NCBI GenBank assembly: GCA_951406725.2
Contig: OX597816.1
Span: forward strand, 172,236,001 to 172,300,000
DNA: 64,000 bases
Origin: Octopus vulgaris
Lineage: Eukaryota
Reading direction: 5' to 3'
Positions 52,578-64,000 of the stretch are shown in pieces. The notes beneath the pieces were generated by a model that saw only the letters and a list, made by a program, of their open reading frames with translations, had not been told where the DNA came from and searched no databases. The stretch's first letter is position 1. Every line of letters starts with the position of its first letter. Made by a program: the position numbers and the translations under genes.

Positions 52578-52810
52578 TGGCGGCGTGCTTGGCAGAATCG
52601 TTAGCATCCGGTCGAAATGCTTAGTGGTATTTCGTCTGCCGTTATGTTGTGAGTTCAAATTCCGCCGAGGTCGACTTTACCTTTCATCCTTTCGGGGTCG
52701 ATAAATTAAGTACCAGTTACGCACTGGGGTCGATGTAATCGACTTAATACCTATGTCTGTCCTTGTTTGTCCCCTCTATGTTTAGCCCCTTGTGGGTAAT
52801 AAAGAAATAG
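52578..52810 (+). mobile_element. SINE family B
   Basis: Full copy. Confidence 0.85.
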
Positions 52811-53706
52811 GCTTTCTTGCCATAATCATCCAGTCCTTTGAAAGAGTTTGTCTTTACCTTGTCCAGTACATGTTTTCGAGGCAGATTAAGCAGTGATCAT
52901 GTGAAGTTCCTCTTTCAAGTATCATACAAAGTACCTGGCAGCATTTAGTTATGTATATTTATCTTTTGAGGAGTTGAAATTCTGTTGAAGTCAACATTGT
53001 CTTTTATTCTTTTGGAAGAGGGTTTGACAAAATAAGAAGTTCAAATTTCATCAAAGTTAACACTGCCATTTATCCTTAGACTGCTGTAAAATTCATAATT
53101 ACACTTAATCATCTGCTCCTATCCTTGTATTTCATAACCTCTTGAGATCCTTTTGTCTTTCCATTCCTCTGTGAAAATATTCTCAAACTATGTAAAACAT
53201 AAAAAATGATCAATGCACTCTAGGCTATATCTTATATATCAGTATCTTTGAATTTCAATTCAACCTAGATCCCAACTAGTTGTAACATGTAAACTACACA
53301 TGTTTTTTCTAAGATTAAAGGCATTCCAGCATTGACCTCTTGGTTCACATATACATCACACACACTGTCTACCTGTATAAAGAATACAACTTAGTCTTTA
53401 CTTGTACTGGACACCAGCAACAAATACTTCCAGTTATTCTGATTCACAGTCCCCATTGGACTCCTTCAGGTACTACAAGTTATTAGATTTGTCTTTTTGT
53501 TTGTGTGTGTTGAGGCCATCTATCTCTGTACATTTTCTCTTAGTTCACATTCATATCATACTAACACTGCTAGTGCAGTGACTGAAATGTTTATGATTAT
53601 GAACTCTCTACAACAATTCTACGAAAAACAACCTTTCTGAACCTATGACACCTGTTTCCAAACTTAATGGAAACCATCATATACAAGTACTTCTTCAATA
53701 ATAATC

Positions 53707-54390
53707 TTAACCTTTTAGACAATAGTATTTAGTATACATCATTCAGGTAATATATTAAACCTCCATTTGAGGGCCACAGAAGTGGCTGTGTGGTAAGTAG
53801 CTTGCTAACCAACCACATGGTTCCGGGTTCAGTCCCACTGCGTGGCATCTTGGGCAAGTGTCTTCTGCTATATCCTCGGGCCGACCGAAGCCTTGTGAGT
53901 GGATTTGGTAGACGGAAACTGAAAGAAGCCTGTCGTATATATGTATATATATATATATGTATGTGTGTGTGTTTGTGTGTCTGTGTTTGTCCCCCTAGCA
54001 TTGCTTGACAACCGATGCTGGTGTGTTTACATCCCCGTAACTTAGCGGTTCGGCAAAAGAGACCAATAGAATAAGTACTGGGCTTCCAAAGAATAAGTCC
54101 CGGGGTTGATTTGCTCAACTAAAGGCGGTGCTCCAGCATGGCCGCAGTCAAATGACTGAAACAAGTAAAAGAGGAAAGAGTAAGAGCCATATCAGGCCCA
54201 AATATTTGACCTATTTTATGTTTAAACTGACCGGATCTGGCCTCTCATACCTACCCTACACTGTCATCTTAAACCTGAACAGCCACATCATTGAAATCTC
54301 AAAGTTTTGAGATAATACCTGATTAATCCAAAATAATGTGAATAAATAAGTATTCCATTTGACAGAATAATGTGAATGCTGAAAGGTTAA
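53707..54390 (+). mobile_element. TTAA-type MITE interrupted by a 59-bp insert and a family A SINE (53777-54185)
   Basis: TTAACCTTTTAG start and GAATGCTGAAAGGTTAA end; the body is homologous to the intact copy at 60206-60426. Confidence 0.75.
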
Positions 54391-55339
54391 ACTATTTCCC
54401 ACCAACCCTTTGATAACTGGAGACTTACTTGCATCATACATTAATGGTCTCTTGATATTGATAACTTTGGCAAAATCATAACATCAGTAAGTATTTTACT
54501 AATCCTAGAATCAGAAACTGAAAGCCGAGTTACTCACCTATGGATTTCCCCCTCCCATCTCATCTCTTGAATAAGAAGTTTCTTGTCAGACTGCTCTAGG
54601 GCACTGACCAGTTTCTGACCCACATCCTGTTATCAATGCATTATCCCAAGATTCTTTTGTGAACTACACTCTTCTGTCTATAACTTAATGACCTTATTGC
54701 TGCCACTATTATCACCATCCACTCTTGTAAAAGTACCACCAACCTTGAACAATAGTGGCCAAGTTTATTTTGTTACAGAATGTTATCTAAAAATTGCAGA
54801 ATACATTCTATACTTTATAGACAACTCCCATCAATCTAATTATAATAAGACATTAAATGAAACAAAAAATGATTTAGAGAGGGAATTTATTCATAAAAGC
54901 AAAAATCATTTAATAATTTTGTAAGTTTAAAAATGATAAATTCCATTTTTTTTTAATGAAATAAACTTTTATTATATTTCATTAAAATATACCTGTTATG
55001 TGTAGTTTGGGTTCTAATGGGATAGACAACCAAATGAAAACCATTGTTATTGTTTACCTGTTTATTTACTTGTCATGTTACATGGACTCGACAGTCAGCG
55101 TAGTAATACATTATATACTTTACACATAGTTTGTACTATTCACTAACAAAATAGTGCCAAGAGTGGGGATGCACGTATACACAGATATGAATGTGTAACA
55201 ATACCTTATCTCACAGAAGTTTTTCACAAAACTCTGGGGTTCCCTGAAATTCAATTTGGAAAGCATCTTCTTGATTTCAGTGTCATAAACCTAGACATTT
55301 CACACCAGACTTGCACAGCTTCCATGAACAGAGATTTAA

Positions 55340-55560
55340 CCCTTTCGTTACTGTATTTATTTTGAGATGATCTGTGTTTCTCCCAATTATTTTAAATATA
55401 ACAAAGAATTTAGTAAAATAACTTAGTTATCATTATGCTAGTGTTAGGAACAGTATTTGTGACTAAGGTTTGGTGGAAGATGTAAATTAAAAACTTATGA
55501 AAACAAGACATTTGTACTACAGAGCCAGAGCCGGTTTCAGCCGGGTTGGTAACGAAAGGG
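55340..55560. mobile_element. piggyBac-like MITE
   Basis: TTAA|CCCTTTCGTTAC ... GTAACGAAAGGG|TTAA; homologous to 19104-19323. Confidence 0.9.
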
Positions 55561-55957
55561 TTAAAAAGAAATCCATGTGCACATAACAGCCTAGTCTCTT
55601 TCGATGCCACTAAGTTACACATGTCAAGGAAACTGAATTGTTCTCCCACAAAATCTCTTCAGTCACGAACAACACACAATTGAAATCTTCAAAGTTACTA
55701 CAACTGCTTGACACCTTGACCAGTTACTAAACCTCTCTTAAGTAGAATTTATATTGATGTACTGCTTACAGATCTGCTCCTACACACAAGCACTCTAAAT
55801 GAAGGGGAAAAGAAAAAGTTCACTTACCAACACTCTACAACTGACTCATAGATGTGTTATTTCTTCTCTCTCTGTTCTACTGATATTATAACATTATTGT
55901 TACTACTCCTCTGAACTAGATTGCTTCATGCATCTTGCACCCAATATCTTTTAATTG

Positions 55958-56348
55958 CTGCAGTCATCAGACTGCAGCCATGCTGGGGTGCTGCCTTGAA
56001 GAATTTTTAGTTGAATGAATCAACCCCAATATGTTTTTCTAAACATGGTACTTATTTCTATTGATCTCTTTTGCAGAACTGCTAAGTAGCAGAAGTGTAA
56101 GCACACTAACATTGGTTGTCAAGTAGTGATGGGGGACAAACATAGACACAAAGGGAGAGGGAGGGAGAGAGAGACACACACACACACACACATGATGAGC
56201 TCTTTTCAATTTCCATATACTGAATCCACTCACAAGACTTCCATTGGCTCAAGGCTATAATAAAAGACACTCGCTCAAGGTGCCATGCAATGGGACTGAA
56301 CCTAGATCCATGTGGTTGGGAAGCAAGCTTCTTATCACACAGCCACAT
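55958..56348 (-). mobile_element. Diverged SINE family A
   Basis: Reverse-complement match to family A head and tail. Confidence 0.7.
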
Positions 56349-56965
56349 CCTATCATTTCTTTCCTTTCCATCACAACTATTGTGACTTCACTCCCAGATC
56401 CTACATTAAGCAGCTTTCATAATAATCCCTTTTCAAAATTAAAACTCTTTGGAATTATTTTCATATTTATGCTGGGGTTGTTAAGGGCTGTCATAGCAAT
56501 AGGTCTCCAAGAAAAACAATACACTGGGACTCCTGTGTGCACAACTACAGTATACACAAATTAGTACTGGACTCTCAGACTTGTGGGGTTCTCAGGCAAC
56601 TTCCCATTATGCCCTGTTTTTACTACAGATGTTAAGATACAGATGTTTAAACTGAACATCAATCAGTCTGAGAAAGCCTTCAAAGGTCATGAGTACCAAT
56701 TTTCCTTCATTAATTAATAATGAAAGGTACAAATACATCTAGAGGGTGAGCAAGTGTTTGAAAGGTCTTAATTTATAAAAGATTTTTAATTTGGACAATA
56801 GTATTTAGTATACATCATTCAGGTAATATATTAAACCTCCATTTGAGGGCCATATTCATGAGTGGCTTAAAGTTTCAAGCAGAAGATGTTGATGTTGGGC
56901 ATGTGTGAATATGGAAAGTAAGAGTCGAGTACAAGATAATGTCATTGGTGTATGCTTGTGGATGG

Positions 56966-57331
56966 AAGCACTCCGTCGGTTACGACGACGAGGGTTCCGG
57001 TTGATCCGAATCAACGGAACAGCCTGCTCGTGAAATTAACGTGTAAGTGGCTGAGCACTCCACAGACACGTGTACCCTTAATGTAGTTCTCGGGGATATT
57101 CAGCGTGACACAGAGAATGACAAGGCCGGCCCTTTGAAATACAGGTACAACAGAAACAGGAAGTAAGAGTGAGAGAAAGTTGTGGTGAAAGAATACAGCA
57201 GGGATCACCACCATCCCCTGCCGGAGCCTCGTGGAACTTTAGGTGTTTTCGCTCAATAAACACTCACAACGCCCGGTCTGGGAATCGAAACCGCGAGTCC
57301 GCTGCCCTAACCACTGGGCCATTGCACCTCC
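56966..57331 (-). mobile_element. SINE family C
   Basis: Matches 4487-4866 and 29526-29890. Confidence 0.85.
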
Positions 57332-57791
57332 TGTAGGTTTGTAATTGGTTGGAGATAATAGAGAGACTATTGTCTAATTAACTGAGCTAAAAAATTAGGT
57401 TAACATCAATGAAATATGTTACTAGTCAAGTGCAAAAGTTGATTTAATCAATTATATCCCCTTACATGTGTGGCATTGTAAACAATTAGAAATCCATCAT
57501 CTAAATACAAGGAAAGATTTATGATTCTGATAAAGAAAATTAAATTAGATGGAATCTAGATTTAGTGTGAGAGGAAAGTAGGTTTGATCACTGTTCTGTT
57601 ATGGAGTTCATTCAGCATGGTGGAAGTTGCAGAATTTGTTGCAATAGTGTGTTGTAATAGGGTGAACGATAACAAGCAAGTCTGCTTTTGTAGTCACTTG
57701 AGACTAATGGAAACGTACTCAACTTGTAAATAATCTCAGTTAATTTCAAACTAAAAGCATTAAGACTACATGTTTTGTTTTCTTCTTTCAG

Positions 57792-58024
57792 TGCAGACAC
57801 TGTTTACTCAACCCATTCTGCTCGTCCTTCTTTGATTGGTGATCGTCCACTTGTACTGCAGGATTTTCTTTTTGCAGTAGCAGCTTTCGCATGCCATTTG
57901 TTCACAATTGGCATTGCAGCAAGCATTGGAGTAATTGTTATAGAATGGTTACATGAATTCCCTGAATCCAGAACAGTCTTACTTTCTATACCACCTATGA
58001 CTTTTGGAATTACAAGTGCAATTG
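57792..58024 (+). CDS. SLC16 (monocarboxylate transporter family)-like MFS transporter exon encoding TM1-TM2; the gene continues beyond the window
   Basis: Polypyrimidine tract plus TTTCAG acceptor (57790-91). Translates to ADTVYSTHSARPSLIGDRPLVLQDFLFAVAAFACHLFTIGIAASIGVIVIEWLHEFPESRTVLLSIPPMTFGITSAIG, resembling MCT TM1 (F-x-C-x-x-x-x-x-G-x-x-x-S-x-GV...EF-x-x-S) and TM2. It ends G|GTAAAA in phase 1 at the Gly preceding the usual GP of TM2. Confidence 0.8.
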
Positions 58025-58859
58025 GTAAAAAGATTTTATTTTTTCGAATTTGGTATTGAATGACTACTTTTTTTCCTATTTCCATTTTTAAGGTTGCTAT
58101 TTTAAAAAAAAATTTTCTGTAAGCATTTAAAATTTCCGTTTTGATTCCATTAATTAATCAAAAAAAAAAAAGATTCATCTAACAACTTTTTCATGCAGAT
58201 GGTGTATCTGAGCACTTAATCTCTATGTGGTACACACGTGTGCATGCACGTTATTATCCTAAGTACACTTTAGTGTAGTGGTGATACACACTTTTGAAAC
58301 AGAACTGTTAGGTATAGGTTCTCATGACCTAGATCCTCTCGAGCAGTTGAGTTCATTAGATTAATGAAGCATACATTAATTACAACGTTCTATTACTGTT
58401 TTAGTTAAAGTTGTGAACATCTATGGTAATTTTATATCCAGGCATATGGAACCAATATTTTAGCTGTTAGTGCTGGGCAACTACCAGGCTATTTCACATC
58501 CTATGGAGGCATATACTTTTGAAAACTTTGAGCTATTGCTTTAAGTTTGCAACACAAATCTTTATTATCAACTATTTGCATCTGACTCCCACCTAAATGG
58601 TGCCAACTTTTGAGTTTCATAAACAAGTTGCTTTGTCAAAAACCATGTAGAACACAAAACTACTAAATTTATTTTAAATTGCAACTCATTTTTGCCAGTT
58701 GAGTGAACTGGAGCAATGTGAAATAAAGTGTCTTGCTCAAGGACACAGTGTGTCACTGGGAATTGAACTCACAACCTTATGATAATGAGCCAAATACCTT
58801 AGCTACTAAGCCACACCTCGTCTCTGTCACATGTAATGATTATTTATTAATTTCATATC

Positions 58860-59043
58860 GTCTGGCACCTGTGCAAGTGGCACATAAAAATCACCCACTA
58901 CACTCTCAGAGTTGTTGGCGTTAGGAAGGGCATCCAGCTGTAGAAACACTGCCAGATCAGACAGGGCCTGGCGCAGCCTTCTGGCTTCCCAGACCCCAGT
59001 TGAACCATCCAACCCATGCTAGCATGGAAAACAGACGTTAAAC

Positions 59044-59074
<31 letters not shown>
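58860..59074 (+). mobile_element. RTE 3' tail with (GAT)n
   Basis: Matches the RTE tail. Confidence 0.8.
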
Positions 59075-59075
<1 letters not shown>

Positions 59076-60205
59076 GGAAGAGATAATTTAGCAATCTGAT
59101 TATCTTTGTCTCTTAGAAAAGAAAATATTTTGGCACACAAAGTATTTTGAACTAAAGGACACTTGATAAAATTCATACATGTGCCAAGCAATTAAAACTT
59201 TATACCAACTATCATTTTTAAGGTTTTTTTAGCATAACCAACCCATCATGTTATGACAATATTTTCACGTGTAGTCAAACAGAGGGAAAAACTAAACAAA
59301 TGGACAAACAAGATTAAAAGCATGGCTTCCTTGTTAGGAAATAATCTTGTTAATTGAGTTGTTAAAATTCAAGTCACATGAAAGTTTCAATTTTAGGCTC
59401 CCCTCACCTGGTAGATGCTGTTGATGGTTTGCCTTAGGAAAGGTATCCAGCCTCAGAAACCATGCCAAAAGCTGATATTGGAGCTTGCTGCAGTCCTACA
59501 GCTCATGAGATTCTGTCAAACTGTGCAGCCCAGCTCGGGAAACAGACATTAAAGGATAATGATGGTGATGTCTCACTTTCTGTGCTTTTTCCTTGTTGCG
59601 AACTTTGTCAACATTTAAATCAAATAAAGTGATTCCTTGACATGTTTAATCATTATAGTTGTTAAGTTACCTAGTCTTTTTTGCAACATTATGTAAGTTT
59701 TATAAATTTGAGCTTTAAGAACTTAGCTACTATTAGTGGATGTGTGAGAAGGAGCTTCAGAGCAATGGAAGCAAGCATTTGATGAGTATTTTTCTATTTT
59801 GCATCACTGTTTTTCCCAAAATTCTTGTTACCTGTAACTATATGTTCAGTAGATTTTTTCTTTATAATGTATGTATAATATAAGAAGCCAAATAAGGAAT
59901 TACATTGCTGCAGCTATGGGAATCACTTTCCAACAGATTGTATGGTCATATCTAAGACAACATAGTAAAAAACTAGTTTTTCTTCAGTAGATCTTGTGCT
60001 GTATCTTCCTGGATCTCACATTCAAATTGTCATGTCTTTCTCTCCTTTCTAACTTGTTCTGCTTCAAAGGCTGCTAGTAGCTCTTATTTCTTAACAATCT
60101 CACTAACATCGATCAAAAGTTGTTGAAAATCCTTATCACACCTGTAGACCACAAGTTAATTCTTGTAATGGATCTTGTAGAAGTTTCATCAGAAATCTCC
60201 TTTAA

Positions 60206-60426
60206 CCCTTTAGCATTCAAACCGGCCATATCCGGCCCAAATATTCTACTTGTTTTATGCCCAAATTTGCCAGATCCAACCTTTCATACCTATCCCACAA
60301 TGTGATTTTGAAAAATAAACAATCACATCATTGAAATCTTGAAGCTATGAGATAATGCATGGTTGATTCAAAACAATGTGAATAAATAAACATTACATCT
60401 GACAAAATAATCTGAATGCTAAAGGG
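60206..60426. mobile_element. piggyBac-like MITE, second family
   Basis: TTAA|CCCTTTAGCATTCA ... TGAATGCTAAAGGG|TTAA. Confidence 0.9.
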
Positions 60427-63173
60427 TTAAAGCATCATATATATATATTACAAAAATGATATCTCAGTAGTTTCAATGCATCTCTCATTTTCTTTCACTC
60501 ATTAGAATATGTCAACACTCAGTCAAAGCAAAGAAATAATCATAGATCTGCTAAACCAAACAAAATCTGAAGATACTATATATTTCCAGGCAATATGTAG
60601 CTGTATCATTGATTACCAAATTTAAGGAGTTTAGAGTCTTCGATATACCATTTTTTTTTATCTTTCATGTTACTGCTGTTGTCATACATTTGACCTTATA
60701 GATTTTCCTATTTGCTCAAGTTGCCCCAAAACAACTTCTGTCATAAGAGCACCTGAACTCTCCTTTAATAGCACAAATCTCCTCTCCCTAAGTCCTCATA
60801 TATGGGTTCATGTATCCCAGTATTTGATGGTTTGATTGCTTCAAGAAAGGCACCGAATAATTGAACAATAATTTGGCTGTTTATGTGTTAAAATTTGCTA
60901 CCCTATAGCAATTGCTAGAAGCTGTATTAGCTTGTATTGGATATTTTTTCATTATTTCTTGAACTTTATATCTGTAAACATATACCTTCATATTAAGATC
61001 AACTACATATTCTATAAACTGTAAATGATTGCTTGCACTGTTCAACTTCTTATTTGTATCTCTGAATGACATAATTTGCATGTCAAGAATTTCTGATTAG
61101 AACTATCAAACATTGCAAAATTTATCACCAATATTCTTCTTCATGCCTAATTGTCTACTGGTTAATAGCATCATTTGTTTTTCCTCTAGATAAATGCATT
61201 TCAAGTTCAGTTATATCTGATAGTTTTCTAAATGGTTAGTATTCCTCTCACTTGAAAAACGAATTTTTGCAGTGTTCATCTAGTCTTTTGAACATATTTC
61301 TTGTAGGGATGATGCACTATTTTGTTTTACTAAACAACTTACAACAAAACCAATCATTATTGGTACACTTATTTGGAATTTAGCAGCCTTCTCTTGTTTT
61401 TTTAATCATTGAGAAACTCTTTTGATACAACCTGCTGTATTGGGACAGTTGGCAAGATCACTTAAGGTATAATACCGTCTTTTGCAAACTTTGCAGTACT
61501 GGAACTTTTCTTGGCGTTCTTTTTCCTTTATATGATTTCTAGAAATACTTCCGATTTGCAAAATTTCTATCCCATTTCTTATATTATTTGTTATAGGAGC
61601 ATCACATTTAGATCCTCAGGTGTTAGCTTCAACAAAAGTACAGCTATATTCTTGCTCTTGGTTTGTTTTCTATATACAAAATTATTTCTGGAAGAAATTT
61701 CTGGTTTTGCTTAGTCTATAGCTGAGCCCTCTTTGGAAGCATTTAGGTTCGGCCTGTGTCTGATGATAATATCTCACTTTCTCCCACCAGTTTTAGAGGC
61801 CTGGAAGAGGTTAATAAGCACTACACTTACTCATTTGACTTTTCTTTTAAAATAGTTCCTGATATTGATAGTAATCATAATTTCTTTGAAGTAACTACAA
61901 CAAGGCTGAAAGCTATTTTTATGTGTCTCTGGGTCACAATAGTTAAAATTTAAAATCTTATGTCCATCATCAGTAAACACCAAACTGGCATAAAGAAAAA
62001 ATACACACAGCAAAATTAAGTGATGAAATTAATATTAACTATTTCTCTTTGTTGATGATTTAGGATTTATTTAATCAATTTTGGTTATCAATTGGCAGGG
62101 TATTTGATTCTTTGTATCAATGTTATAAGCATTGAACTTCTTAATAAATATGTAACAGTGTGGTACACCTCAATACTGAATATAAGAAGTGAGAACACTG
62201 TAAACTTGATAAGTTATTCATTAATTGATAGTATATCTCCTGCTTCCAGTGAATATAGTTCAGAGACTGATATGTCCTAGATACACTGCATGAAAACAAA
62301 GTCTTCAGTAGTGTAAGAATCCGCTTGTGTCATTAGAAAAAGGAATTAAACTGTAAATTTTGACTTTGAAAATCAAATCAATGTATTGATAGAATATTGA
62401 ATATATCTTGACTATGTTTGTGAAACGTTTACAAATCTTTATTCCCGATTAAAAAAAAACAAAAAACTTGTGAAACTTTTATATTAATTTCAGGAAAAAG
62501 AGAACAAAAAAGTATACTAAATTTAGGCAATTCAAAGAAATTTCCAAAGATTTATCCAGATTTATGTGCTTTAATATTTCCTCTCTTTATTTTCAAAAGT
62601 TTTTGTTAGAAATCATAATTATTTAATTTTCAAAATCATTATTAAAAACAAAATCCTTGATAAACTATAAATATTTACTGAAACAAATACTTTCTGGCAA
62701 TAAAATCAAAATAAAATGCTTGCTTCTTTTTAGCATTGACCTCCACAGCCAGCATACCATTGATACCTTTGATCTAATGATGTATGTTTCAATTGATATT
62801 ATGTTTTCTATTGTTTACTTTCTCTTGTTCTAAAAATATGTATTATTAATACAGGTTGATGGCTGTTAGATCGATTGTTTTTGAACTGGTTTCAGCAATG
62901 GCTGGAGCTGAATTTGTAAACATGTGAGTCTAGGTACAGGTCACTGATATATGTTTTTGAATTCTATTTATTTATTTTTCAATGTCAAGACTCAATTTAA
63001 ATATTCTTTAGTACTATGCATACTCTGTATGTCTGTGGATATTTATGTTTTTATTTTTCTATGTTTGTGTTTGCCGCACACATACTGATAAACACCAGTG
63101 ATAGAATATGAATGCAAGAAAAAGATTTTTGTTCTTACTTGGTAGCCTATATAGAACATTTTGTTACAGTCTT

Positions 63174-63566
63174 AGGAGTGGCTGGTTGGTAAGTAGCTTG
63201 CTTACGAACCACATGGTTCCGGGTTCAGTCCCACTGCGTGGCACCTTGGGCAAGTGTCTTCTACTATAGCCTCGGGCCGACCAAAGCCTTGTGAGTGGTT
63301 TTGGTAGACGAAAACTGAAAGAAGCCCGTCGTATATATATATGTCTATGTTTGTGTGTTGTGTTTGTCCCCGCCAACATCGCTTGACACCCGATGCTGGT
63401 GTGTTTATGTCCCCGTAACTTAGCGGTTCAGCAAAAGAGACCGATAGAATAAGTACTAGGCTTACAAAGAATAAGTCCTGGGGCCAATTTGCTCGACTAA
63501 AGGCGGTGCTCCAGCATGGCCACAGTCACATGACGGAAACAAGTAAAAGAGTAAAAGAGTAAAGAG
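63174..63566 (+). mobile_element. SINE family A
   Basis: Full copy. Confidence 0.85.
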
Positions 63567-64000
63567 TCTTTATTGAGCATTTTGTTATCAATGATTATAT
63601 ACATGAATAATAATATGTTGTGAAAGTGTAGTTTCACTTGAATTTTTATTAGTTTATTGCATATGGCTTTCACTATCACTGTTTTAAGTCTTGCATCTAT
63701 TCTCTGTCTGTATGTCAATATCTATGAAGTATGTATTTTCACCAAGGTAAACGCTCCCTGAGAAAATATTCGTATATCTTCATTGCAAAGATGACATATC
63801 TTATACAAAATTAGTGCCTGGATAATAGATTTGTATTTTTACCAGTAAAACCTTTTTCAGGGAAAACACTTGCATATCTATAAAGATATTATGAGATACT
63901 TGTTAGTTATCATCTGTTCAGAGTTATTAAATTTTTTAGCAATTACCTTAACTCGGTACAAAATGTTTTCAGTATATCTTCATACTCAATCTCTTCTATT

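Noticed and set aside
62855-62923. Candidate next SLC16 exon (acag|G...AT|gtgagt); also the ORF at 62092-62280
   Set aside because: The open frame is incompatible with the phase-1 end at 58024 (immediate TGA), and neither peptide resembles the MCT GP-x-x-S...G-x-R loop.

Overview
This is repeat-dense eukaryotic genomic DNA. It is AT-rich, has long (TA)n/(CA)n tracts and carries tRNA-derived SINE families of the kind known from octopus, so a coleoid cephalopod origin is inferred. Parts of two divergently oriented host genes are supported. (1) The first coding exon of ATG2 lies on the minus strand (13364-13540), and the gene runs off the left edge. (2) Two in-phase coding exons of a divergent SLC16/MCT-like MFS transporter lie on the plus strand (47227-47687 and 57792-58024), and the gene runs off the right edge. 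Nearly everything else is transposon-derived: at least four SINE families, non-autonomous Helitrons (including a head-to-tail heterodimer), GGATC-ended MITEs with 8-bp TSDs and telomeric repeats, TTAA piggyBac-like MITEs, decayed Gypsy, hAT, mariner, RTE, CR1 and Penelope-like remnants, and a 66-bp satellite built from an RTE 3' tail module. The most notable observations are a well-formed minimal hammerhead ribozyme with a core variant inside a hairpin, a roughly 68-bp-arm inverted repeat upstream of the SLC16-like gene, the missing GGWGW motif and long N-terminus of that transporter, and a 59-bp templated insertion. I see no CRISPR array or prokaryote-type system. Most ORFs in the supplied track are microsatellite or TE artefacts. 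All homology calls are from motif recognition by eye, not database searches.
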